Assembly: GCA_043826355.1 (NCBI GenBank)
Contig: JBDRQI010000002.1
Location: 1-64,000, forward strand
Length of the DNA stretch: 64,000 nucleotides
Reading direction: 5' to 3'
Source: Candidatus Omnitrophota bacterium
Lineage (GTDB): Bacteria > Ratteibacteria > UBA8468 > MWAK01
The translations under genes and the position numbers were made by a program. The stretch's first letter is position 1. The number at the start of each line of letters is the position of its first letter. The notes under the pieces were generated by a model that worked only from the letters and a program-made list of their open reading frames with translations, was not told the DNA's origin and searched no databases. Of the stretch, positions 10,163-19,050 are shown piece after piece.

Positions 10163-11032
10163 CTATTTTCCGGTAATGATTTCGTAAATCTGCCGGTACT
10201 TCTCCTGGGTTTTAGCCACCACCTCCGCCGGCAGTTTCGGTGCCGGCGGGGTTTTGTTCCACTTAATGCCCAGCAGGTAATTGCGCACGTACTGCTTGTC
10301 CAGGCTGTCCGGTTCCCGGCCCGGCCGATAAGTTTCTTTCTCCCAGAACCGCGAGGAATCCGGCGTAAAGATTTCATCAATCAAAATTAGCTCTCCCTGG
10401 TCGTCAAACCCGAACTCAAACTTGGTATCTGCAATGATTATCCCCTTTTGCAGGGCATATTCTGCGGCGGCCTGGTACAACGCGAGTGATTTTTCCTTCA
10501 GGCACCCGGCTGTTTCCGACCCGGCAATCTGTTCGCATTCGGCAAAGGTGATGTTGCGGTCGTGGTTGCCGACCTCTTCTTTGGTTGCCGGAGTAAAGAG
10601 CGGTTTTGGCAGCCGGGAGGCCATTTTCAGCCCGGCCGGCAGCGGAATTCCACCGACGGTTCCCTTGGTCCGGTACTCTTCCCAGCCGCTTCCGGCCAGA
10701 TAGCCGCGCACCACCGCTTCAATCTTTACCTTCCTGACTTTTTTTACGATGAGACTGCGTCCGGCAAGGTATTTTCCAAACGACTGCAGGTTTGCCGGAA
10801 AAGAATCAAAATCACTGGACAGAAGGTGGTTTGGTATTATTCTCTCCAACTTGTGGAACCAAAAGACAGACAACTGGGTTAAAATTATTCCTTTGTCCGG
10901 TACCGGCGTGGGTAAAATATAATCAAAGGCGGATATCCGGTCGCTGGCAACCATCAGGATTTCTTTGTCCGACAGCCGGTACAAATCTCTTACCTTGCCG
11001 GAATAGAGCGAAATTAAGGGTAGGTTTTCCAT
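10163..11032 (-). CDS. purC: SAICAR synthase
   Basis: GKVRDLY, SDRISAFD, EAVVRGYLAGS, DTKFEFG, DEIFTPDSSRFW, DKQYVR; alternative start at 11056. Confidence 0.97.
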   Translation of the reverse strand: MENLPLISLYSGKVRDLYRLSDKEILMVASDRISAFDYILPTPVPDKGIILTQLSVFWFHKLERIIPNHLLSSDFDSFPANLQSFGKYLAGRSLIVKKVRKVKIEAVVRGYLAGSGWEEYRTKGTVGGIPLPAGLKMASRLPKPLFTPATKEEVGNHDRNITFAECEQIAGSETAGCLKEKSLALYQAAAEYALQKGIIIADTKFEFGFDDQGELILIDEIFTPDSSRFWEKETYRPGREPDSLDKQYVRNYLLGIKWNKTPPAPKLPAEVVAKTQEKYRQIYEIITGK

Positions 11033-11075
11033 AGGGAATCTCCCTGTGTTGTACATGCGGGAATGACAATTTTTT

Positions 11076-11127
11076 GTAGGGGCGGATCCGACCCCTTTCC
11101 AGAGCTTTGGAAAGGGGACCCGCCTAC
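11076..11127. repeat. GTAG-type REP-like element with nested CCCCTTTCCA..TGGAAAGGGG hairpin
   Basis: GTAGG...CCTAC ends; the nested hairpin at 11092-11117 has a near-identical inverted copy at 20402-20426. Confidence 0.75.
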
Positions 11128-11945
11128 GGATTTTCTACATTTACTTTTTCCAGCCGCGGTAATTCCTTCTTCAAAAAAGAAGTGGCCACTTTACGAAAGT
11201 TCGGCGTAATGTCCGAAAGGTATATCCTGATGCCGTTTTTTTTAGCGGCACCGTTTTTTTGACTTTCTTTTTTAAGATGCGCCGCGATTTCCGGTATTAC
11301 CTCTTCGGATGGGTCCACCAACCTGATCTTCGGTCCCATGAACCCGGCGATTGCGGTCTTAAGGAGAGGGTAGTGTGTGCAGCCCAGGATCAAGGTATCA
11401 ATCTTCTTCTCTTGAAGCGGTTTTAGATAATGGGCTATTGCCATCTCTGTCAGCGGGCCGGAGAACAGGCCTTCTTCAACCAGCGGAACGAAGAGCGGGC
11501 AGGCCAGACCGTATACCCTGACTTTCGGGTTCGCTTTTAAAATTTCCCCCGGGTAAGATCTGCTCTTTACGGTTGCGATGGTCCCGATGATGCCGATGCG
11601 TCCGTTTCCGGTGCTGGCAAGAGCCGACTTAACCGCCGGCGAAAGGACGCCGACGACCGGCAGGAGGAATTCGGATTTTAACTCTTTTAAAGCCAGGGCG
11701 CTAACCGTGTGGCAGGCAACGACGATCATTTCGGGTTGAAACGAGAGCAGGAAATTTGTGCTCTGCCGGGCAAAATTACGAATCGTTTCCGGGGATTTGT
11801 TGCCGTAAGGCAGCCGGGCGGTGTCGCCAAAATAGACAATCTCTTTTCCCGGGAAGGATTTTTGAAGGTTAAAGACTACGGTCAGTCCGCCCAGGCCGGA
11901 ATCGAAGACACCGATGGGCTTATCTTTTCGCAACCCCTTAATCAT
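11124..11945 (-). CDS. murI: Glutamate racemase
   Basis: FDSGLGG, PYGNK, VACHT, LGCTHYP; start overlaps the amidase stop. Confidence 0.96.
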   Translation of the reverse strand: MIKGLRKDKPIGVFDSGLGGLTVVFNLQKSFPGKEIVYFGDTARLPYGNKSPETIRNFARQSTNFLLSFQPEMIVVACHTVSALALKELKSEFLLPVVGVLSPAVKSALASTGNGRIGIIGTIATVKSRSYPGEILKANPKVRVYGLACPLFVPLVEEGLFSGPLTEMAIAHYLKPLQEKKIDTLILGCTHYPLLKTAIAGFMGPKIRLVDPSEEVIPEIAAHLKKESQKNGAAKKNGIRIYLSDITPNFRKVATSFLKKELPRLEKVNVENP

Positions 11946-13209
11946 AAGACTGTTCCTCGATGACGCCGGGGTCAATCGAAATACTGCTCTTGAGCGGTCG
12001 GCCGTCCAGGTAGGATTCAATCCCTTTCCCGATGGCCGCGGCAATTGCCCGTCGAACTTTTGGTTGCGCCAGGTTCGCTTCTATATGCGGGTTGCATATA
12101 AACCCCACCTCAACCAGGACTGAAACCATATTGGTGTATTTAAGTACGTAAAAATCCTTTCTTTTAATGCCCCGGTCCGGCACGATATCTTCAAGGAAGA
12201 TATCCATGAGGTCTTCCTGGATTAAGGCGGCCAGGTACTGGCTTCTCTGGAGAACCTCCTGACTTCCGCCTTGCCTAAGCAGGGAAGCGATTTCGTCTTC
12301 GGAGGTGTTGGCGCTGGCGTAAAGGGTCGGTTTGCTGCTTGGATAAAAGGTTTCCACCCCGCTGGCGGTATAGCGGTTATATTTAGCCGCATTGGTGTGA
12401 ATTGAGACGAACATGTCCGCGTTGAGGGAGTTGGCAAGCTGCGTCCGTTCCTCCAGCGGTAAAAAAATATCCTTATCGCGGGTAAGCACCACTTTTATTT
12501 TCGGACGGTTCCGCTTGAGGTAATCGGCCACCCCCCGGACCAGGTCAAGGTTTACGTCCTTTTCCTTCAGGCCCCAGGGCCCGACGGCTCCGGAATCGTG
12601 GTCTCCGTGACCTGCATCAATAACCAGCACAAATTCCTGGTTCTTATCAACGGCCGGTGCGGTTATAATTTCAGCCACCGTGGGACCATCAATTGACGTT
12701 GTTTGCGGCAGCATGGTTTCTGGCGTCCCTATTCCCGACGTTGGTTTTTCGGTCGGGACCGGTTGGAAGACCGGCGCCGGATTCGGCGCCTGGATAAAAG
12801 CAAGGTTGGTAACCAAAGTGGCAAAACTGAACGGGATGGCCATTACGCCGGAGACTACCCGGGCCGGTTGTTTCATCTCGGTTATCCGGTCATCATAGAG
12901 CGCTTTTTTGCTCTCCGGCAAAAAGACCAGCCGGTGGTCTTTGAAGATTATTTCGGAACGGCGGCTGACCGGATCTTCTTTCAATGACCCTTTAAGCAGA
13001 AAAGCGAAATCAGGCAGGGTTATCCACTTTTCGCCCAGCATATTCTTGAGGGTGATGTTAGTCGAAAGTGCTTTCTGTTCCAGTGACAATTCCTCGGCGT
13101 TTACGGCACGCGCGGCCGCAATTAAGCCGAAAAGGAGAAGGCCCCCCGCCAGGGTGATATTTAGAAAGCGAAACCAAATACGCATAGGGTTTATTTTAAC
13201 CAACCGCAT
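11938..13209 (-). CDS. N-acetylmuramoyl-L-alanine amidase (Amidase_3)
   Basis: IDAGHG, EKD.NL, LTRD.D, FVSIHTNA, LVEVGF; signal peptide. Confidence 0.93.
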   Translation of the reverse strand: MRLVKINPMRIWFRFLNITLAGGLLLFGLIAAARAVNAEELSLEQKALSTNITLKNMLGEKWITLPDFAFLLKGSLKEDPVSRRSEIIFKDHRLVFLPESKKALYDDRITEMKQPARVVSGVMAIPFSFATLVTNLAFIQAPNPAPVFQPVPTEKPTSGIGTPETMLPQTTSIDGPTVAEIITAPAVDKNQEFVLVIDAGHGDHDSGAVGPWGLKEKDVNLDLVRGVADYLKRNRPKIKVVLTRDKDIFLPLEERTQLANSLNADMFVSIHTNAAKYNRYTASGVETFYPSSKPTLYASANTSEDEIASLLRQGGSQEVLQRSQYLAALIQEDLMDIFLEDIVPDRGIKRKDFYVLKYTNMVSVLVEVGFICNPHIEANLAQPKVRRAIAAAIGKGIESYLDGRPLKSSISIDPGVIEEQSYD

Positions 13210-13247
13210 GCCCTTTCGTCAATTTTTTATTTTGACACTCCGGCCTG

Positions 13248-13276
13248 TGTCATTCTGAACGGGAGCGAAGAATCTC
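13248..13276. repeat. TGTCAT(T/C)CTGA...CGAAG(A/G)ATC repeat half
   Basis: Same family as the repeats at 52435-52500 and 54804-54875. Confidence 0.65.
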
Positions 13277-13286
13277 GTTTTTTACT

Positions 13287-13316
13287 TTGACACTCTGCGC
13301 TGTTTTCCAATATAAT
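13287..13316 (+). promoter_or_regulatory. Sigma70-type promoter for tRNA-Cys
   Basis: TTGACA-N18-TATAAT ending about 10 nt before the tRNA. Confidence 0.75.
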
Positions 13317-13325
13317 ATTACTTCT

Positions 13326-13397
13326 GGCGGCATAGCCAAGCGGTAAGGCAGCGGTCTGCAAAACCGCAACTCCCCGGTTCGAATCCGGGTGCCGCCT
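13326..13397 (+). tRNA. tRNA-Cys(GCA)
   Basis: GGCGGCA/TGCCGCC acceptor stem; GCGGT-CTGCAAA-ACCGC anticodon arm; GGTTCGAATCC T-arm; CCA not encoded. Confidence 0.96.
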
Positions 13398-13475
13398 CTT
13401 GTGCGGGACGCGGATTCGCAAAGGGCACGGTAACACTGAATCCTCGCTTATGTTTTTAAAATATAGAAAAAGACG

Positions 13476-13510
13476 GGGGCGATAACTCAGCGATAGAGTA
13501 TGACCTTCTC
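13476..13510 (+). pseudogene. Degenerate 5' half of a tRNA-Gly
   Basis: 28/35 identical to the first 35 nt of tRNA-Gly at 23377; no intact T-arm follows. Confidence 0.55.
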
Positions 13511-13611
13511 GGTAATATTCAGTTTTTTTGCATACCCGCACCGGATAAACCAACCCGTTTTCCATGGAGCGTTTTACCAATCCGTTTTTTTATCCTAATT
13601 CTAAGGATTTT

Positions 13612-15552
13612 TTAAATCCAGAAAACCACGTTTCCGGTTTCGTGGGCGAAAAAGTTGACGATAAACCAGACTACCGCAGCCGAATACTGCCCCAGAATCA
13701 GCCCGAAGAAGAATGGCTTGCCGCTTTCATAAACCCTGGGTCCGCCGTAGCGCAGAAACAGGGTTTTCAGAAACCAGGCCAGAAAGATGGATAGCCACAA
13801 GTGGTCTACCAGCCAAACCATGCCGATGGGAAACCCCAGCGGATGCAGGGGCCACCAGATTAAGCGATTGCGCAGGAGCATCAGGACAAACATTATCCCG
13901 GCGCCGACAATCCGGCAGAGCCAGCCCAGTTTACTGGGTCCGGCGGGGTTGTTGAGATGGTCAGCTACGTAGTTGTAAGGGGCCTGGGGGCCGCCCACGA
14001 AGTACCAGCTGTTGAGGTTAATGCCGCCCCGGGTGTAAGCCAGTTTCATCAGGACAACGGAAGAGACGGCAAACCCGATAAAGATGGCCAGCAGCATCAC
14101 CCAGAGCATCGGCCGCAGGGATATCTTCCCGAACCGTTCGGCAATCTTCTCGCTGTGCATCACCGAGGAGGCAGGAAAGGTGCGCAGGTCTGAGGAGTAA
14201 ACGTAAGTGACGCCCAGCTGGGTAAGATTCTCCGGGCCTACCACCCTGTTGCCGACACCGGAAACGACCTGGGCCGAGGAGATGGAGGGCGCCACCAATG
14301 TTGCCAGGCCGCTTTCGGCCACTACCCGGGTCAGACCAAGCCAGAAGACAAAGGCGCCGGCCAGGAAGAAGAGGGCAATCCAGACGTTCATACCGGCAGC
14401 CATCAGCCAGCCCAGAAGAAATAACAGGCCGATAACCAATCCCCAGAAAGCGGTCTTGTAGGACACTATTTCCCGGGAGTCGTCTATCTCTTTTCCCCGG
14501 CCGGTTGCCTTTCGGAAGACTTCTTTTAAGTGGCGGCGCTCCAGGAAGAGGGAGAAGAGAACAAAGACGATAAAGGCGCCGGTGCCGATGTTGGACAGGA
14601 TAGGGTTGCCCTGGCAACCGTAGATACCCACGTTTTCCGGGCTGGAAACACCGGTGATGTTCAGCCAACCCTTAAAAACAAAGAAAATAAGGTTAAAGAA
14701 CCATAAAGAGAAAGCAACGTCCAGGTTGATGAGGTAAGCAAAGCCCAGGATGGGGAAGCTGAGACGGAAGACGAGATTTGAAGTCTGACGAAAGAGCGGA
14801 ACGTTGCGGGTCAGGATAACCGCGGGCACCATCGGGAAATAACGACGCAGCGCCATTAAAGAGGAGAAGACGCAGGGGATGACAAACCCCAACCAGAAAA
14901 GTTTGCTCTTAAACAGATTTGGCATCCTGCCCCGGCTGGATGTCTGCACCATCGCCACCGGCAGTTGGACCAAAGGGAAGGAGAGTCGTTCCCGTTCCAC
15001 CCATTCCTTACGCAGGATAGAGACCGCGCAGATGGTCACAAAATAGAGGACCATCAGAAAAGCTCCCCAGGAGAAGAGGGGCAAAGTCCAGGCGCCCCAG
15101 GGGATAGAAGCGCCTTTAGGCAGGCCTTCAAAGAAGGGCGCGGTTACGCTGATATCTTTAGGCAGCATCCAGGGCTTGATATGGGGCAGAATTAATTCCG
15201 CCCACCTATTCTGGGGGGTGGCGTAGTAACTGGGCGCAGCCAGGATGGGGAGTAGTTGACAACCCAGGCCCATCTCTGCCACCGAAGCGGTTACCAGGAT
15301 CATGGTGTAAACTATCAGCAGTTCCGTGGGAGAGAAGGAGATTCTGTCCCGGGAAAGAAGGCGCAAAACCGGGTTTATGAAGATAGCCAGCAGGAAGAAG
15401 ATAAAGATGCCGCCGGCCGGCATATGGTCAATTGCCAGATAGGAATCGTTGACGACGTTGACCGAATACTGCGCCATAACCGTCAGGAGTACGGAGAGGA
15501 TTACGCCGGTCAGAATTGTTTTGAGATTGAAAGGACTGCGATTTACTTCCAT
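13612..15552 (-). CDS. Polytopic membrane protein, DUF6785/DUF6784-type putative (OPT-like) transporter
   Basis: Many hydrophobic segments; W...ERL.FPL.QLP, R.VAESG, WPLHPLG, RYGG.R.Y...PFFFG. Confidence 0.75.
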   Translation of the reverse strand: MEVNRSPFNLKTILTGVILSVLLTVMAQYSVNVVNDSYLAIDHMPAGGIFIFFLLAIFINPVLRLLSRDRISFSPTELLIVYTMILVTASVAEMGLGCQLLPILAAPSYYATPQNRWAELILPHIKPWMLPKDISVTAPFFEGLPKGASIPWGAWTLPLFSWGAFLMVLYFVTICAVSILRKEWVERERLSFPLVQLPVAMVQTSSRGRMPNLFKSKLFWLGFVIPCVFSSLMALRRYFPMVPAVILTRNVPLFRQTSNLVFRLSFPILGFAYLINLDVAFSLWFFNLIFFVFKGWLNITGVSSPENVGIYGCQGNPILSNIGTGAFIVFVLFSLFLERRHLKEVFRKATGRGKEIDDSREIVSYKTAFWGLVIGLLFLLGWLMAAGMNVWIALFFLAGAFVFWLGLTRVVAESGLATLVAPSISSAQVVSGVGNRVVGPENLTQLGVTYVYSSDLRTFPASSVMHSEKIAERFGKISLRPMLWVMLLAIFIGFAVSSVVLMKLAYTRGGINLNSWYFVGGPQAPYNYVADHLNNPAGPSKLGWLCRIVGAGIMFVLMLLRNRLIWWPLHPLGFPIGMVWLVDHLWLSIFLAWFLKTLFLRYGGPRVYESGKPFFFGLILGQYSAAVVWFIVNFFAHETGNVVFWI

Positions 15553-15676
15553 AAACCCCCCGATTTTTAAAATTTATATAATACCACAATTTCTGAAATT
15601 GCCACAAAATCAATAATATCAATTCAGAGTCAGTAGTATTCTGCAGCAGTTTCTTGATGATTTCCAGAGGTTTTAA

Positions 15677-16294
15677 CTATTCCACGGCCAGCAGTCGGCA
15701 GGGCAATTGTACCGCGCCCGGAATCTTTAACGGGATAGCGCAAATTTTGATCCGTTCCCTATTTATCCTATCCAGATTGGCGGGAATGCAGACGCAGGTA
15801 ATTCCGGCCCGGAAGAACTCCATAAATATACCCTGCCGGGCCGCATGATTTTCGTAAACGTTGGAAATGAACAGGTTTATCCTTTTGGAAACCACCCAGC
15901 GTATGGCCGATTTTCCGTAAAAGGGCGCCTGAGCGCTCTCCTCCGGCACGGACAGGTTCCAGTCGTCAACTTTAATGAGCAGGCCGGGTGTTTTGACCGT
16001 TATCCCCGTATCCTCCAATTCTTTTCCGCCTATCTCCCTGGGCAGGCCCTTCCTTTTTAATTTGATTACCGTTGTTTCCACAAGAAACAGTTTTTTTAGC
16101 GGATAATTAGCTGCATTTCTACCGTCGTCAAATTCTTCGATGTGGCCCGGGAAATCCAGGTAGGTGCCGGACATCGACGAGAGCGGGAAGTCGTAAACAA
16201 CGCCCTTGTAGCAATTTCCTTCCGGCGTCGGAATCTTTACGACGGAACGTTTTCCGGTTTCCGGTATCTCTGCAGTCAGGTCAATTATCCTCAT
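15677..16294 (-). CDS. Cyclase/kynurenine-formamidase-family protein with atypical motif
   Basis: IIDLT N-terminus; SGTYLDFPGH compared with canonical HxGTHxDxPxH; C-terminal PLKI.G...PCR. Confidence 0.75.
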   Translation of the reverse strand: MRIIDLTAEIPETGKRSVVKIPTPEGNCYKGVVYDFPLSSMSGTYLDFPGHIEEFDDGRNAANYPLKKLFLVETTVIKLKRKGLPREIGGKELEDTGITVKTPGLLIKVDDWNLSVPEESAQAPFYGKSAIRWVVSKRINLFISNVYENHAARQGIFMEFFRAGITCVCIPANLDRINRERIKICAIPLKIPGAVQLPCRLLAVE

Positions 16295-16441
16295 ATCAAT
16301 TCGCCTTCATTCATATGGCTGCGTTGGCTTAGTCGGCGCACTACCGGTACGCCTCCTTGTTTCCTCCTCGCCGCCTTGACGAAGGTAAGCCTCCGGCTTG
16401 TTCTATTTCTGAATGTGGAATTGCTAATATCTTTTTTCCGG

Positions 16442-17968
16442 TTACATGTTTTCAAGCAGGCGCCAGAAGGCGTCGGCTGCTTTATTGAAGTTCTCTTTTC
16501 CTCCGGCAAAGCCCGGCTTGATGGAAAGATATCCGCTGAAACTGCGGCACCTCAGGATTGATATTAACTCCTTAATTTCGGCATTGCCGCCACCCGGGAG
16601 TTGCGGGGCGCCGGAGAAGAGGCCGTCGTTGACGTACAAAAGACGGCTGAATTTTAAGATGCGGGAAGGGATTTCCAGGAACGGCTTCTCGCCCGCCGCC
16701 GCGAAGTTGGCCGGGTTGAAAGCCAGCTTTAAATAAGGCGAATTTATTGTTTCAATGATAGCCGCGCAGTCGGCGGAACCGGACGCATAAGTTTTTGGTT
16801 CATTCTCAATCAAAAGCATAATCTTTTTTTCCCCGGCCAGCCGCGCCATTTCCGAAATATTTTTCAATGTTTCTTCCCGGCATTCATCCGTTTTTTTCCC
16901 CGGCCTGAGAAAGGAAGAGATGAGCAGGTAACCGGTCTTGAAAAATTCCGCCAGGTTCAGGTATTTCCGAAAACTTTCCAGGTTTTCCTCAGGGTTTTCA
17001 TGGATTCCGCCACGGTTGACGCCGGTGTTGATCGCGGAGACCTTAAACCCGGCCCCTTCTATTTTTCCCAGGATTTCCCCGCATTCTGACTCCGCGGCGG
17101 CAATTAAATTTTTGCCGTTTATCTTCCGTAATTCTATCTGCTTAATGCCCTGGCCCTGCAGGACTGTCAAGGCCTCGGTAAGGTCTGAGGAGACTTCGTC
17201 GCTAACTGCGGTTAAAATGAACGATTCTTCTTTCAGCCGTTTTTCTTTTATTTTACCCCGCTGCATAACACAGTCGGCACAATTTGGATTATCGCAGAGG
17301 GTTAAAGCCGGGTTTGTTTTCAGCGCCGCCAGTCCGATCCGCGCCATCTTTCCGGCGCTCATCAGCCGCGCCACCGCATTTCCGACTTTGCCCACCTTCA
17401 TAATTCCGGACTTAAGAAACAGTTTGTCCAGGCCGATAAAATCGCGGTGCGGTCCCGGAAACTTTTTTAATACCTTGGTCTTTTTCCGGCCGGCGGCATC
17501 TTTGTAGGGAAGTATCCTTTCAGAAAGGTAAGGCGAATCAGCGTATTCTTCAAGGGCGTGGAGAGTGGTGTTGCGGTCCTGGTCCACGCCCAGGAGCAGG
17601 ATGAATCCGTTCCAGTCGATGAGCCGGCCGAAAGGAGTTTTCTTGCCACAGGCGGTCTCGGCCTTGATGTGGTCTCTGATTAATAATTTTGCCTTTGCGC
17701 CCCGGGCGGCCACCGGGTGGGTGGGATGGATTCCTTCGATGGTCTCTTTCCGTTCGGCGAATACCCTGGAGAGCAAGGCGCCGCCCAGCCGCGTCATCGC
17801 TACCGTGCCTTTTGACCCGACCGTTTCCAGAAGGGCATCAATGACCGTGTCCGGGCCGCCTTCTACTTCTCCCAGGGCGCTTAAAGCACTATGAACGAAG
17901 ACGACATCGCCTTTCTTCAAACCCAGTCTTTTCAATTCTTTTTTGACCATCCCCTTATTTATTTTCAT
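16442..17968 (-). CDS. AAC(3)-family N-acetyltransferase fused to an AP-endonuclease-2/xylose-isomerase-like TIM barrel
   Basis: VHSALSALG.V.GG, HPTH.VAARG, LLLGV...NTTLH; linker CDNPNCADC; then SDEVS...IELR...IENEP. Confidence 0.85.
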   Translation of the reverse strand: MKINKGMVKKELKRLGLKKGDVVFVHSALSALGEVEGGPDTVIDALLETVGSKGTVAMTRLGGALLSRVFAERKETIEGIHPTHPVAARGAKAKLLIRDHIKAETACGKKTPFGRLIDWNGFILLLGVDQDRNTTLHALEEYADSPYLSERILPYKDAAGRKKTKVLKKFPGPHRDFIGLDKLFLKSGIMKVGKVGNAVARLMSAGKMARIGLAALKTNPALTLCDNPNCADCVMQRGKIKEKRLKEESFILTAVSDEVSSDLTEALTVLQGQGIKQIELRKINGKNLIAAAESECGEILGKIEGAGFKVSAINTGVNRGGIHENPEENLESFRKYLNLAEFFKTGYLLISSFLRPGKKTDECREETLKNISEMARLAGEKKIMLLIENEPKTYASGSADCAAIIETINSPYLKLAFNPANFAAAGEKPFLEIPSRILKFSRLLYVNDGLFSGAPQLPGGGNAEIKELISILRCRSFSGYLSIKPGFAGGKENFNKAADAFWRLLENM

Positions 17969-18057
17969 AGGTTCATAGTTGTTATAAATAATACATTTTA
18001 AATTTCATTTCCGTCAAAAACACGGGGCTAACCCTGCCAACAGGCGACCCTTCAGGA

Positions 18058-19005
18058 TTACCGAAGCAGGATTTCCACCGCCGCAACCGCCTCGTCCGTC
18101 AGTGTACGGTCGCCGGCCGCATACGTCTCCTCAATCTGGCCGGGCCGCCTGGCACCGACTATGGCGGAAGTTACCTCGGTCCGCCGGAGAACCCAGGCAA
18201 GGGCGAACTGCGCGGTGGACATTCCGTATTTTTCCGCAATCAGGCGCAAGCCCGCCGTCAGTTTTAAATTGTTGCTTAACCGTGGCTCCAGGAAGTCAGG
18301 GTCTCTTCGGCGGTGGTCTTCCGGCGCCAGGTTTTGGACAAATTCCCGGGTAAACTTGTCGCTCAGCATTCCCTTTTGCATCGGGCTGTAAGCTACAACG
18401 CCGATCCTATTTTCGGCGCAGAAATTGAGCAGGCCTTTTTCAATATCGCGATGAATTATGCTGTAAGGAGGCTGGAGCGAAGCCACCGGGTGGATGGGTT
18501 GGATACGCTTAATCTGTTTTGCGCTAAAGTTGGAGACCCCCGCGTATCTGATTTTGCCCTCCTGCACCATTCTGGCGATTGCGGACCAGGCTTCCTCATT
18601 TTCGGCATCGCTGCCCGGCCAGTGAACTTGATAAAGATCGATGGTATTCAATCCGAGGCGCTTGAGGCTGGCTTCAGCTTCCGCCCGGACGCTTTCTTTT
18701 GTAAAACGTTTTGAGATATCTCCTTTTTGATTCCAGACCCGGCAACACTTGGTGGCTATGATTGGTTTCTCAACCAATCCTTTAATCGCCCTTCCCAATA
18801 TCTTTTCCGCATGCCCCAGTCCGTAGACTGCAGCGGTATCGATCCAGTTTATACCCAGTTCCAGCGCCCGTCGGATAGTGGCGATTGAGTCGTTGTCGTC
18901 TTGCGGACCCCAATTGAAAGTCCAGGAGCCGCCCCCCTGCGCAAACGTTCCCAACCCGACGACGGTAAGGTTTAAGTCCGTCCAGCCAAGTTTTTTTGTT
19001 CGCAT
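18058..19005 (-). CDS. Aldo/keto reductase
   Basis: GINWIDTAAVYG, SLKRL..IDLYQVHWP, GVSNF, YSPM. Confidence 0.93.
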   Translation of the reverse strand: MRTKKLGWTDLNLTVVGLGTFAQGGGSWTFNWGPQDDNDSIATIRRALELGINWIDTAAVYGLGHAEKILGRAIKGLVEKPIIATKCCRVWNQKGDISKRFTKESVRAEAEASLKRLGLNTIDLYQVHWPGSDAENEEAWSAIARMVQEGKIRYAGVSNFSAKQIKRIQPIHPVASLQPPYSIIHRDIEKGLLNFCAENRIGVVAYSPMQKGMLSDKFTREFVQNLAPEDHRRRDPDFLEPRLSNNLKLTAGLRLIAEKYGMSTAQFALAWVLRRTEVTSAIVGARRPGQIEETYAAGDRTLTDEAVAAVEILLR

Positions 19006-19050
19006 ATAACCTCCCCGGAAACGTACATTAAAATCGATAACGTCATTGTC

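Noticed and set aside
16310..16390. CTGCGTTG...GTACGCCT...GCCTTG repeat-like remnant
   Set aside because: Only one degenerate copy in the window, so it cannot be supported here
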